DNA of 64,000 nt from an uncultured Gemmatimonadaceae bacterium (lineage in GTDB: Bacteria > Gemmatimonadota > Gemmatimonadetes > Gemmatimonadales > Gemmatimonadaceae). Under the pieces are notes generated by a model. It was not told the DNA's origin. It did no database searches and worked only from the letters and a program-made list of their open reading frames with translations. The DNA lies in assembly GCA_963829055.1 (NCBI GenBank), contig CAWHHI010000011.1, forward strand, positions 512,001 to 576,000, read 5' to 3'. This document shows positions 41,297 through 49,457 of the stretch, piece by piece. Made by a program: the position numbers and the translations under genes. How positions within the stretch are numbered: the first letter of the stretch is position 1; each line of letters starts with the position of its first letter.

Positions 41297-42564
41297 AACG
41301 CTTCGTAGCTCGCCGTCGACGGCGGAACGATGTGGCCGTGATCCGCTGAATGCGGATAACTGCGTCCCGTGGATGGCGACTCGTGCACCTCGAAGCGGAC
41401 CGCGCGTTCCACGGCGTCGAGCGTGTCGGCGTGATGGCTGCCTACCCACACCGTCACGAAGTACTGGCCGGGCACGAGCGGTGGCAACTCGACCGCGATG
41501 CGCACTCGGTGACCGCCACTCGCGTCAGGCACGAACGCTTCCGGCACGAACCCTTCCAGCCGCGGCAGCGCCTGCATGAGGGCCACGCCCGCGGCGTCGA
41601 GTATGTCGACGGTCACGAATGCCGGCTTGTGACGGCCTCGCGTCTCGAGCAGGACATCCAGCTCGAGCGTCAGGTTCGGCTGCACGCCAGCGAGTCGAGA
41701 CTCGATCCGCGTGATGGCGAGCGGCGTATCGGCCGCGGACGACGGGCGCGTCCACGTGGACGCCTCCTCGCGAAATCCGTGGGCGACGTAGTACGCGATG
41801 CACTCGCCCGGCTCGCCAACCCTAACGAGTTGCCCTCCATCGAGCACCATCGCCGAACGACACAGCGTGCGCACGGCCGCCATGTTGTGACTGACGAACA
41901 ACACCGTCCTGCCCTCGCCAGCCACTCGGCCCATCTTGCCGATGCATTTTCGCTGGAACTCCAGGTCGCCGACGGCGAGCACTTCATCCACGAGCAGGAT
42001 GTCCGGCTCGAGATGCGCCGCGACGGCGAACGCGAGGCGCAGGTACATCCCACTCGAGTAGTGCTTCACCTGCGTGTCGAGGAAGCGCTCGACTTCGGCG
42101 AACGCGACGATCTCGTCGAACTTTCGCGCGATCTCCGTACGACGCATGCCGAGGATCGCGCCGTTCAGGAAGATGTTCTCGCGCCCCGTGAGATCCGGGT
42201 GAAATCCCGTTCCGACCTCGAGCAGCGAGCCCACACGTCCGACGACGCGCACTCGTCCCGTCGTCGGCTGCGTGATGCGCGAGAGGATCTTCAGCAACGT
42301 GCTCTTGCCCGCGCCGTTGCGGCCGATGATCCCGAGGGTCTCGCCTTCACGCACGTCGAACGAGACATCGCGCAGCGACCAGAGCGTCGTGGCGTCGTCG
42401 CGCTCCTCGCGCCGCGCGAACGATGCCACTGCATTCGCGGCCCGTCTCACCGCGGCGCGCGAGAACGTCGCGGCGAGCGCATCACGCAACGAATCGGATC
42501 CGGACGTCTCACCCAGCACGTACCGCTTTCCGAGGCCTGACGCGGCGATCACGGCTTCACTCAC
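41293..42564 (-). CDS. wzt: Polysaccharide ABC exporter ATP-binding subunit with C-terminal Wzt_C-like domain
   Basis: [38 protein letters not shown]; ~150-aa C-terminal extension. Confidence 0.93.
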   Translation of the reverse strand: MSEAVIAASGLGKRYVLGETSGSDSLRDALAATFSRAAVRRAANAVASFARREERDDATTLWSLRDVSFDVREGETLGIIGRNGAGKSTLLKILSRITQPTTGRVRVVGRVGSLLEVGTGFHPDLTGRENIFLNGAILGMRRTEIARKFDEIVAFAEVERFLDTQVKHYSSGMYLRLAFAVAAHLEPDILLVDEVLAVGDLEFQRKCIGKMGRVAGEGRTVLFVSHNMAAVRTLCRSAMVLDGGQLVRVGEPGECIAYYVAHGFREEASTWTRPSSAADTPLAITRIESRLAGVQPNLTLELDVLLETRGRHKPAFVTVDILDAAGVALMQALPRLEGFVPEAFVPDASGGHRVRIAVELPPLVPGQYFVTVWVGSHHADTLDAVERAVRFEVHESPSTGRSYPHSADHGHIVPPSTASYEAL

Positions 42565-42576
42565 GGCCAGTCACCG

Positions 42577-43452
42577 TCACACCAGGTCCGCGAACGTGCG
42601 CTCCACGCGCCGGAAGTAGAAGGCGCCCCCAACGAGCACGACCATCGCCGTGATGGCGGATACCGCGACCATCACTCCCGGCGCAGTGCTCGTGCCGAGC
42701 AACGACCAGCGGAAGCCTTCCACAACGCCGGTCATCGGATTGACTGCGTAGAGCACGCGCCAGCGCGCCGGCAGCAGACTGCTCGGATACGCGATGGGCG
42801 TGGCGAACAACCAGAACTGCACGAGGAACGGCACGATGTAGCGAACGTCGCGGTACCGCACACTGAGCGCGGCGAACCATATGCCTGCTCCGAGCGCCGT
42901 CACGAACGCGAGCAACGCGAGCGGCAGCACCCAGATCACGTTCCAGGTTGGGTGCACTCCATAGAAGAGCATCATCCCCACGAGCACGACGAACGCGAGC
43001 GCGAAATCGAGCGCCGCGGACAACACCGTCGCGATCGGAATCGCGAGCCGCGGGAAGTAGACCTTTCGCAGCAGGTTCTGGCTCACCACCAGACTGTTCG
43101 CCGCCTGCGTCAGCCCCTGCGCGAAGAACGTCCAGGGCACGAGCCCCGCAAAGCTCCACAGCGGGTACGGCAATCCGTCCGATGGAATGCGACCGAGGCG
43201 TCCGAAGAAGATGCTGAAGACGACCATCGCGAACACCGGCTGGAGAATCGCCCAACTGGCGCCAAGCGCGGTCTGCTTGTACCGGACCTTGATGTCGCGC
43301 CACGCGAGGAAGTACACGAGCTCTCGCTGGTCCCATAGCTCGCGGAGGTCGAGCGGGACCCAGGAGCGCGGCGGCTCGATGACCGTGACCGGTCGCGAGC
43401 CGCCGACGCCTCGGTCGCTGGCAGCGGCTGGGACGGTGGCGGAAACACGCAT
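42577..43452 (-). CDS. wzm: Polysaccharide ABC exporter permease
   Basis: RDIKVRYKQTALG, KVYFPR, YRDVRY, ATPIAYP, NPMTG, ERTFAD. Confidence 0.93.
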   Translation of the reverse strand: MRVSATVPAAASDRGVGGSRPVTVIEPPRSWVPLDLRELWDQRELVYFLAWRDIKVRYKQTALGASWAILQPVFAMVVFSIFFGRLGRIPSDGLPYPLWSFAGLVPWTFFAQGLTQAANSLVVSQNLLRKVYFPRLAIPIATVLSAALDFALAFVVLVGMMLFYGVHPTWNVIWVLPLALLAFVTALGAGIWFAALSVRYRDVRYIVPFLVQFWLFATPIAYPSSLLPARWRVLYAVNPMTGVVEGFRWSLLGTSTAPGVMVAVSAITAMVVLVGGAFYFRRVERTFADLV

Positions 43453-43878
43453 GGGATCAGAAGCTAATTGCTGGCGCATTGCGGTCGCACTCGCCCATTC
43501 CTGAGCAAGGCGTGATCCGTATCGTCGAGTGACATCAACGAATGTCGCTCGCGCGCAGCAGTTCGCAGCCGTGGACGGAGGAGATCGTGAAGCCGCGCCG
43601 ACGCGGGAAGCGCTTGCGGGACGCGGTTCTACGGGATCGACCCCTCGCGCACCCATCGACTCCGGCCTGATCGAGAAGGCGAAGGCACATCGGTTGCCTT
43701 GACCTTGGGCCAGAGTCGCGGCGTGATCAGCTAGCGCCGACGACTCGATCGCGCCGGCGCGCGGTCATTCTCGAGCATTCGTTCAATCCGGCCGTGCGGA
43801 GCGTTCAAATGTTCGGGGGGGGCCGCCGCCAGCGCCAACTTCTCGGCGCAAGCTTCTCAGCGCCGGTATGGCGTCAAC

Positions 43879-44568
43879 TCACGCCTCGAGTTGCCAGCCG
43901 CTCTCGCGATGTTTGATCGGCCGAGCGGGAACGCCCACTGCCGTGCAGTTGGACGGTAGGTCGTTGGCGATCACCCCACCGGCGCCCACGATCGTCCAGT
44001 CGCCAACGCGGACGCCTTCAATGGTCGTCACGCCGCTCCCGATGTCGCAGCCCGCCCCGACCTCGACAGCACCCGAGAGATTCGTCGCCGGCGCAATGGT
44101 CGCAAAATCACCCACTCGGCAATCATAGCTGATGTTGCACACGCGATTCACGGTGACGAACGCGCCGATCTGAATGTTCACGGTCAGCATCGTCCCGGCG
44201 GCAATCGCGGTGCCCGGCCCGATCTCGAGCCAGCGACACAGACGCACGGTCGGATGAACGATGGTGATGAAGCGCTGAGCGTCGCTTCCAACGCGCGCAA
44301 CGATATGTCGCTTCGAGATTGGACTCCCCACACCGAGCGCGATGCGCACGCTCGAGCCCTGGGTGTTCAACCAATCGAGGCCGCCGAGCACGGGGAACCC
44401 GTTGATTTCGCGGCCATGCGTGGACGGATCATCGTCGATGAATCCGAGCACATCCCACCGGGCGCGATGGGCATTGATGTCTTCGATGAGCTGAACGGTC
44501 TCGCGACCGTGGCCACCTGCACCGTACACGACGACCGGCTGGATGCGGTCGCCAAATAGATCACGCAC
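43879..44568 (-). CDS. NeuD/PglD-like sugar acetyltransferase
   Basis: YGAGGHGRE, GFIDDD, IVHP, hexapeptide repeats, VGVPARP. Confidence 0.9.
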   Translation of the reverse strand: MRDLFGDRIQPVVVYGAGGHGRETVQLIEDINAHRARWDVLGFIDDDPSTHGREINGFPVLGGLDWLNTQGSSVRIALGVGSPISKRHIVARVGSDAQRFITIVHPTVRLCRWLEIGPGTAIAAGTMLTVNIQIGAFVTVNRVCNISYDCRVGDFATIAPATNLSGAVEVGAGCDIGSGVTTIEGVRVGDWTIVGAGGVIANDLPSNCTAVGVPARPIKHRESGWQLEA

Positions 44569-44750
44569 GCTGAGCTTCCTCCGAATTGCGACGTTCGCGT
44601 GATCGACGGATCACGCGTGGAGTCGCAACTTCTCGGAAGCCCGATGCGATTCCAGCCGCGCGACCGTTGCGAATCGCAACGGTCATGCGCGAGAGCGACG
44701 ATGAAATAACGACGAGATGACCGTCGTATTACCGTCGCATCAGGGTGGAG

Positions 44751-45782
44751 TCAGGTCGTGTTCGCGAGTTGCTCGATGCCGTGATAGCTGCGATACCACT
44801 CGACGAATCGTCGCACACCTTCCTCGATGCTGGTCGCGGGTCGGAAGCCGACATCACGCTCGAGATCCTCGACGTCGGCGTAGGTTGCCGCGACATCGCC
44901 GGGCTGCATGTCGAGCATGCGCTTCTTCGCCGTGCGGCCGAGCGCCTCTTCGAGCACCTCGATCATGCGACCGAGTTGCACCGGTGAGTTGTTGCCAATG
45001 TTGTAGAGGCGATACGGCGCGCGACTCGTCGCGGGATCAGGCGCATCGCCGGACCAGCGTGGATCGGACTTCGCGACGTTGTCGGTCACGCGAATCACGC
45101 CTTCGACAATGTCGTCGATGTAGGTGAAGTCGCGTTGCATGCGGCCGTGATTGAAGACGTCGATCTCGCGTCCTTCGAGGATCGCTTTCGTGAACAGGAA
45201 CAGCGCCATGTCCGGGCGACCCCACGGCCCGTACACGGTGAAGAACCTGAGACCGGTCGTCGGAATGCCGTAGAGATGGCTGTAGCAATGCGCCATCAGC
45301 TCGTTCGCCTTCTTGGTCGCGGCGTACAGGCTCACGGGATGATCGACGTTGTCGTGCACGGCGAACGGCATGTGCGTGTTGGCGCCGTACACGGACGATG
45401 ACGACGCGTACACGAGGTGCTCGACGGGATTGTGCCGGCAGCCCTCGAGGATGTTCAGGAAGCCGACGACGTTGCTGTCGACGTACGCGTGCGGGTTCGT
45501 GAGCGAGTAGCGCACGCCGGCCTGTGCGGCGAGGTGCACGACGCGATCGAATCGCTCACGGGCGAACAGCGCGGTCATCTGATCGCGATCGGCGACGTCG
45601 AGCTTCTCGAAGCGGAAGCTCGCGTGTGGCCGTAGCCGAGCGAGGCGGGCTTCCTTGAGCCTGACATCGTAGTAGTCGCTCACGCAGTCGACGCCCACGA
45701 CGGTATCACCGCGCTCGAGGAGACGCGTGGCGGTGTGGTAGCCGATGAAACCGGCCGCGCCGGTAACGAGGATCTTGGCCAT
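44751..45782 (-). CDS. NAD-dependent epimerase (UDP-glucuronate 4-epimerase type)
   Basis: [43 protein letters not shown]. Confidence 0.93.
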   Translation of the reverse strand: MAKILVTGAAGFIGYHTATRLLERGDTVVGVDCVSDYYDVRLKEARLARLRPHASFRFEKLDVADRDQMTALFARERFDRVVHLAAQAGVRYSLTNPHAYVDSNVVGFLNILEGCRHNPVEHLVYASSSSVYGANTHMPFAVHDNVDHPVSLYAATKKANELMAHCYSHLYGIPTTGLRFFTVYGPWGRPDMALFLFTKAILEGREIDVFNHGRMQRDFTYIDDIVEGVIRVTDNVAKSDPRWSGDAPDPATSRAPYRLYNIGNNSPVQLGRMIEVLEEALGRTAKKRMLDMQPGDVAATYADVEDLERDVGFRPATSIEEGVRRFVEWYRSYHGIEQLANTT

Positions 45783-45890
45783 TGACGATAGGACGGTCTG
45801 GATGTCGGTGCGTTTCGGAATGCCGCGGGTCCGAAGCAAGATACCATCCTCTCTGGGCGCCCCTGACGTTCGAGATGCGGGACAACGGCA

Positions 45891-46000
45891 GCTGGTGGCT
45901 GGGTGGTCGTGCTGGTGGCTGGGTGACGCTGGGTGCTAGCTGGATGCGGCAGGTCCACCCAGCGTCACCCAGCAACAAGCACACACACCCAGCAACCAGC
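45891..46000. repeat. Inverted-repeat copy of the GCTGGGTG-unit element
   Basis: Left arm ...GCTGGGTGACGCTGGGTG, right arm CACCCAGCGTCACCCAGC...; left arm nearly identical to 4545-4590. Confidence 0.8.
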
Positions 46001-46026
46001 TCCTGTTTTCCTGACTGTCGGCATTC

Positions 46027-46055
46027 TTGCTTTCGGCCTCTGTTCGGTATAGAGT
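46027..46055 (+). promoter_or_regulatory. Sigma-70 promoter TTGCTT-N17-TAGAGT upstream of imuA, overlapped by TTTC-N7-GTTC (possible LexA box)
   Basis: Spacing counted by hand; lies ~80 nt before the imuA ATG. Confidence 0.5.
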
Positions 46056-46135
46056 CTGCCTCAGCTGCTCGGCGTCTGGAGCAGGCAGTGTCCGTCGTCG
46101 TTCCGGTCCTCGATGGTCGTCGCCGTCCTCGCCTA

Positions 46136-46831
46136 ATGCCCGCCGTTTCCATTGCCGCTCTTCGTGAGCTCATCGAGCAGCGCTTTCCCGACGCGACGCC
46201 GGCTAATTGGCGGGCGGCGGAGCCGGTGGCAACCGGGGTGGGGCCGCTCGACCGGATTCTTCCGGGAGGTGGGCTTCCGCGTGGGCAGTTGACAGTGTGG
46301 ACGCCCCAGGGCGGGGCCTGTTCCATGTTGCGCGCCGCCTGTCGCTCCACGGTCGCCAACAGCGAGCGCGCCGTCTGGATCGATACGGCGGGGACGGTCG
46401 TCGGTGCGTTCTGGGAAGTCGGGCCGTTTCTCGTGCAACCCAAGAGTCGGAAGGACGCCCTGAAAGGGGCCGAGGAGCTTCTCCGGTGCGGTGGGTTCGC
46501 GCTGGTGGTACTGGACGGTACGGAGCCGGAGGGGACGGAGATGGTTCGTCTCACGCGCGCGGTGCGGGAGGGGGGTGGCGCGTTCGTAGCCATCACGCCT
46601 CATCCGTCACTGGCGAAGCTCCGCATGGAGTCGAAGATCATTCCCCACAGCTATCGGTGGACTCATGGGCCGTTCGATGATCCGGTCGAAGTGCAGCATG
46701 CGACCATCAAGGTCCGGGCGCGGGCCGCGGGATGGAATGCTTCTGCCGAGATCACGGTCCCGATAATTCCTCACGATGTTCGTCTGTCTCTGGAGCCCGG
46801 CCTGGCGGACCGTCGCGGACTCCCTCGCTGA
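46136..46831 (+). CDS. imuA: ImuA/RecA-like mutasome accessory protein
   Basis: ATGVGPLDRILPGGGLPRGQL, AVWID, AEELLRCGGFALVVLD; degenerate Walker A; precedes imuB. Confidence 0.8.
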   Translation: MPAVSIAALRELIEQRFPDATPANWRAAEPVATGVGPLDRILPGGGLPRGQLTVWTPQGGACSMLRAACRSTVANSERAVWIDTAGTVVGAFWEVGPFLVQPKSRKDALKGAEELLRCGGFALVVLDGTEPEGTEMVRLTRAVREGGGAFVAITPHPSLAKLRMESKIIPHSYRWTHGPFDDPVEVQHATIKVRARAAGWNASAEITVPIIPHDVRLSLEPGLADRRGLPR

Positions 46832-48323
46832 CCTCTCCCCCGCTCTTCTCACGGTCGCGCCACGCGTGGTCACAGAGGAGCGGCGAGGGGGGTTGGTGTG
46901 GGTGGACGCCCGCGGCCTGGACGCCGAGCACATTGCGCGCTCGGCGTTGGAAGTGTTGAGGGGGTTGGGATTGTCGAACGTGCGGGTGGGAGTAGGGCGA
47001 GTGCGCAGTCGTGGCGGAGATTTGGGCGGTGGCGGGAGCTGGGAACTGCGGACTGGGACCGAGGCTGCATGCTGCGGCTGCGCGCTGCCCGCTGCTGCCA
47101 ATACCGCCCCGTCACCCACGCAGCACACCCGCAGGCGACCAGCGACCAGCACGAGCGCCCAGCGACCAGTCAGTCCCCGTCCCCAATCCCCAGTCCCCAG
47201 TCCCGGTGAAGATTCGTTAGGCTCTCTCCCCGTCTCCGTTCTCGAGCCCGATCCCGCACTCGCTGCCCTGCTCGATGGCATTGGCGTCGAGACCTGCGGC
47301 GAGCTCGCGGCGCTCGCGGGGGAGTCCGTCGAGGTCCGGCTCGGCGCCGATGGCGTGCGATTGTGGAAGCTCGCGCGTGGCGATGACGACCGACTGATCT
47401 TCTCGCCCATCCCGCGCGCGCTGCCGCACGCATCGCTCGAGTGGAGCGACTACGTGCTCACCGACACTGAGCGGCTCCTCTTCTCGGTGAACGCGCTGCT
47501 CGGTACGGTGTGCGAGAAGCTGATTGATCGCGGATCGCTCGCGCGGGAGATGACGCTCGAGCTCCGGCTCGCGAGTGGCAACACGCTCACGCAGGGCATC
47601 CGCGCGGGCCGAGCGACGGCGAGTCGCAAGACGTGGCTGCGTCTCGCGCGGGCGACGCTCGAACGGATGGTGCTTCCCGCAGGCGTCGTCGGCCTAACGC
47701 TGTACGCGGCGGCGGTCGTAACGGACGAGGGAAACCAGGGCGATCTCTTCGACCGCGGCTTCGCGACCGCCGCCGCGACGGAGGCGGCACTCGCGTCGCT
47801 GGCGGAAGAACAGGGCGACGTGGTCGTGGTGCCGGAGAATACGGAGCATCCGCTGGTGGAGCGGAGAACGAAATGGGTCGGAAAGCGGGAACCGGGAACG
47901 GGCCGGCGGAAAGCGGAAGGCGGACGGAGGAAGGCGGTGAAGCCTAACAAGCCGACTGCAGCAACCGGCGAGCAGCCTGCAGCCCCAGTTCCCAGTTCCC
48001 AGTTTCCTGTTCCCCGTCTATCAGTCGATTCCCAGATCCCGGCTCCTGATTCCCGACTCACTCTTTACCTGCTTCCGACACCGCGTGCCATCGAGGCGCG
48101 CACGGAATCGCGACGCGATCACATCGTGCCGACTGCCTATCGCGACGGCGGGGCGTGGTATGGAATTCTCTCGGTTGCGGGACCCGATCGCGTGTCCGGC
48201 GAGCGGTGGGGCGAAGGCTACGCGCGCGAATACTTTCGCTGCATTGTCGACGACGGAGGCATGGTGTGGCTCTACCGTGATGCACGAGCGGACGGGTGGT
48301 ACATCCATGGCTGGTGGGATTGA
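46776..48323 (+). CDS. imuB: ImuB, inactive Y-family polymerase, with two repeat-derived insertions
   Basis: LPVSVL...GIGVETCGELA...RLG, clamp motif QGDLF, C-terminal AGPDRVSGERW...REYF...WLYRD...WYIHGWWD. Confidence 0.85.
   Translation: MFVCLWSPAWRTVADSLADLSPALLTVAPRVVTEERRGGLVWVDARGLDAEHIARSALEVLRGLGLSNVRVGVGRVRSRGGDLGGGGSWELRTGTEAACCGCALPAAANTAPSPTQHTRRRPATSTSAQRPVSPRPQSPVPSPGEDSLGSLPVSVLEPDPALAALLDGIGVETCGELAALAGESVEVRLGADGVRLWKLARGDDDRLIFSPIPRALPHASLEWSDYVLTDTERLLFSVNALLGTVCEKLIDRGSLAREMTLELRLASGNTLTQGIRAGRATASRKTWLRLARATLERMVLPAGVVGLTLYAAAVVTDEGNQGDLFDRGFATAAATEAALASLAEEQGDVVVVPENTEHPLVERRTKWVGKREPGTGRRKAEGGRRKAVKPNKPTAATGEQPAAPVPSSQFPVPRLSVDSQIPAPDSRLTLYLLPTPRAIEARTESRRDHIVPTAYRDGGAWYGILSVAGPDRVSGERWGEGYAREYFRCIVDDGGMVWLYRDARADGWYIHGWWD
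47034..47204. mobile_element. MITE-like palindromic repeat inserted inside imuB
   Basis: Homologous, in opposite orientation, to intergenic 4519-4680; imperfect inverted heptamer arms. Mobility is inferred. Confidence 0.6.
47877..48057. repeat. Second heptamer-repeat palindrome inside imuB
   Basis: GTCGGAAAGCGGGAACCGGGAAC versus the reverse complement of GATCCCGGCTCCTGATTCCCGAC (18/23 by eye); internal GGCGGAA and CCCAGTT heptamers. Confidence 0.65.
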
Positions 48324-48364
48324 ACTGCGCTGCACGCTGGGCACACCTGCCGACGGCTGCATGC

Positions 48365-48407
48365 AGCTACCAGCTCTAGCCGATAGCTGATAGCTGATAG
48401 CTTTTTT
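48365..48407 (+). terminator. Heptamer-derived hairpin plus T-tract after imuB
   Basis: AGCTACCAGCT...(GATAGCT)3-TTTTT. Confidence 0.45.
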
Positions 48408-48409
48408 CC

Positions 48410-49306
48410 ATGACTATTCATACGATCCTCCTTCCCTACGACTCTGGCCACCGCGACGCCCGCATGGGGCGTGGGCCACTGCACTTACGCGAACGTGGCG
48501 CGCTCGATCGACTGCGCGCGGCGGGGCACGATGTCATCGAATCGCTCGTCGAAGCGCCTGACGCGTTCCCGACCGAGATCGGGACCTCGTTCGCGCTCTA
48601 CCGGGTGCTGGCTGAGGACGTCCGCGCGACCGTGACCGGCGGAGCCTTTCCGCTCACTCTCGCCGGGAACTGCGGCAGCGCACTCGGCACCGTGAGCGGG
48701 GTGCGGGCCGCCACGCCTAACGACCGTTCGGATGTCGGCGTCATCTGGCTCGATGCCCACGCCGACTTCAACACGCCCGAGACAACCGCGACCGGCTTTC
48801 TCGATGGCACAGCACTCGCCGCACTCGCGGGCCACTGCTGGCACACGCTCACGGCGTCCATTCCCGGCTTTCGCCCGGTGTCCGACGCCCACGTCGTGCT
48901 CGTCGGCGCACGCGACCTCGACGCCGGCGAGGAAACCGCTCTCGCGCGATCACAGATCGCGCGCGTCGAGGCGGCACGGATGCAGTCAGACGGCGCCCAG
49001 GCTGCGCTCGACGATGCGCTGACCACGCTCGCCCGCCGCCACATCTCGCGCGTCTACCTGCACATCGATCTCGACGTCCACGAACCAACCGACGCTCAGG
49101 CGAATCAGTACGCGGTCCCGGGTGGTCTTTCCCCGAGCACGGTGCGCGACCTCGTCAGCGTCGTCGCCGATCGCTTCGAGATCTCCGCGGCCGCACTCAC
49201 GGCGTACGATCCGGCGTACGACGCGGACGGACGAATGCTGAACGTCGCAATGGAGTTGATGGGACGCGTCGCGAGCGTGTCATCCCGGGTGAAGCGAGAG
49301 ATCTAG
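48410..49306 (+). CDS. Arginase/ureohydrolase family protein
   Basis: AGNC, WLDAHADFNTPET, VLVGARDLD, YLHIDLDV. Confidence 0.9.
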   Translation: MTIHTILLPYDSGHRDARMGRGPLHLRERGALDRLRAAGHDVIESLVEAPDAFPTEIGTSFALYRVLAEDVRATVTGGAFPLTLAGNCGSALGTVSGVRAATPNDRSDVGVIWLDAHADFNTPETTATGFLDGTALAALAGHCWHTLTASIPGFRPVSDAHVVLVGARDLDAGEETALARSQIARVEAARMQSDGAQAALDDALTTLARRHISRVYLHIDLDVHEPTDAQANQYAVPGGLSPSTVRDLVSVVADRFEISAAALTAYDPAYDADGRMLNVAMELMGRVASVSSRVKREI

Positions 49307-49311
49307 ATCCA

Positions 49312-49450
49312 TGTCATTCCGAGCGGAGGCCGCAGGCCGGAGTCGAGGAATCCTTGGCTTGCAGGGTAGAGGGCCCTTTATAAGGACAGTCTCGATTCCT
49401 CATGCGCCCGCCGTTCGCGGGCACCCGGCTGGCGCTCGCTCGGAATGACA
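49312..49450. repeat. REP-like palindromic element directly upstream of dnaE2
   Basis: TGTCATTCCGAGCG...GAGTCGAGGAATC / GATTCCTC...CGCTCGGAATGACA. Confidence 0.85.
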
Positions 49451-49457
49451 CGGTTCC

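Noticed and set aside
43453..43878. Long intergenic region as a possible ncRNA or riboswitch
   Set aside because: No recognisable conserved structure or family motif by eye; an Rfam scan would be needed.
29016..45782. Polysaccharide locus as a recently acquired genomic island
   Set aside because: No integrase, tRNA or flanking direct repeats, and it carries the host CCTAAC motif at about the usual density over most of its length.
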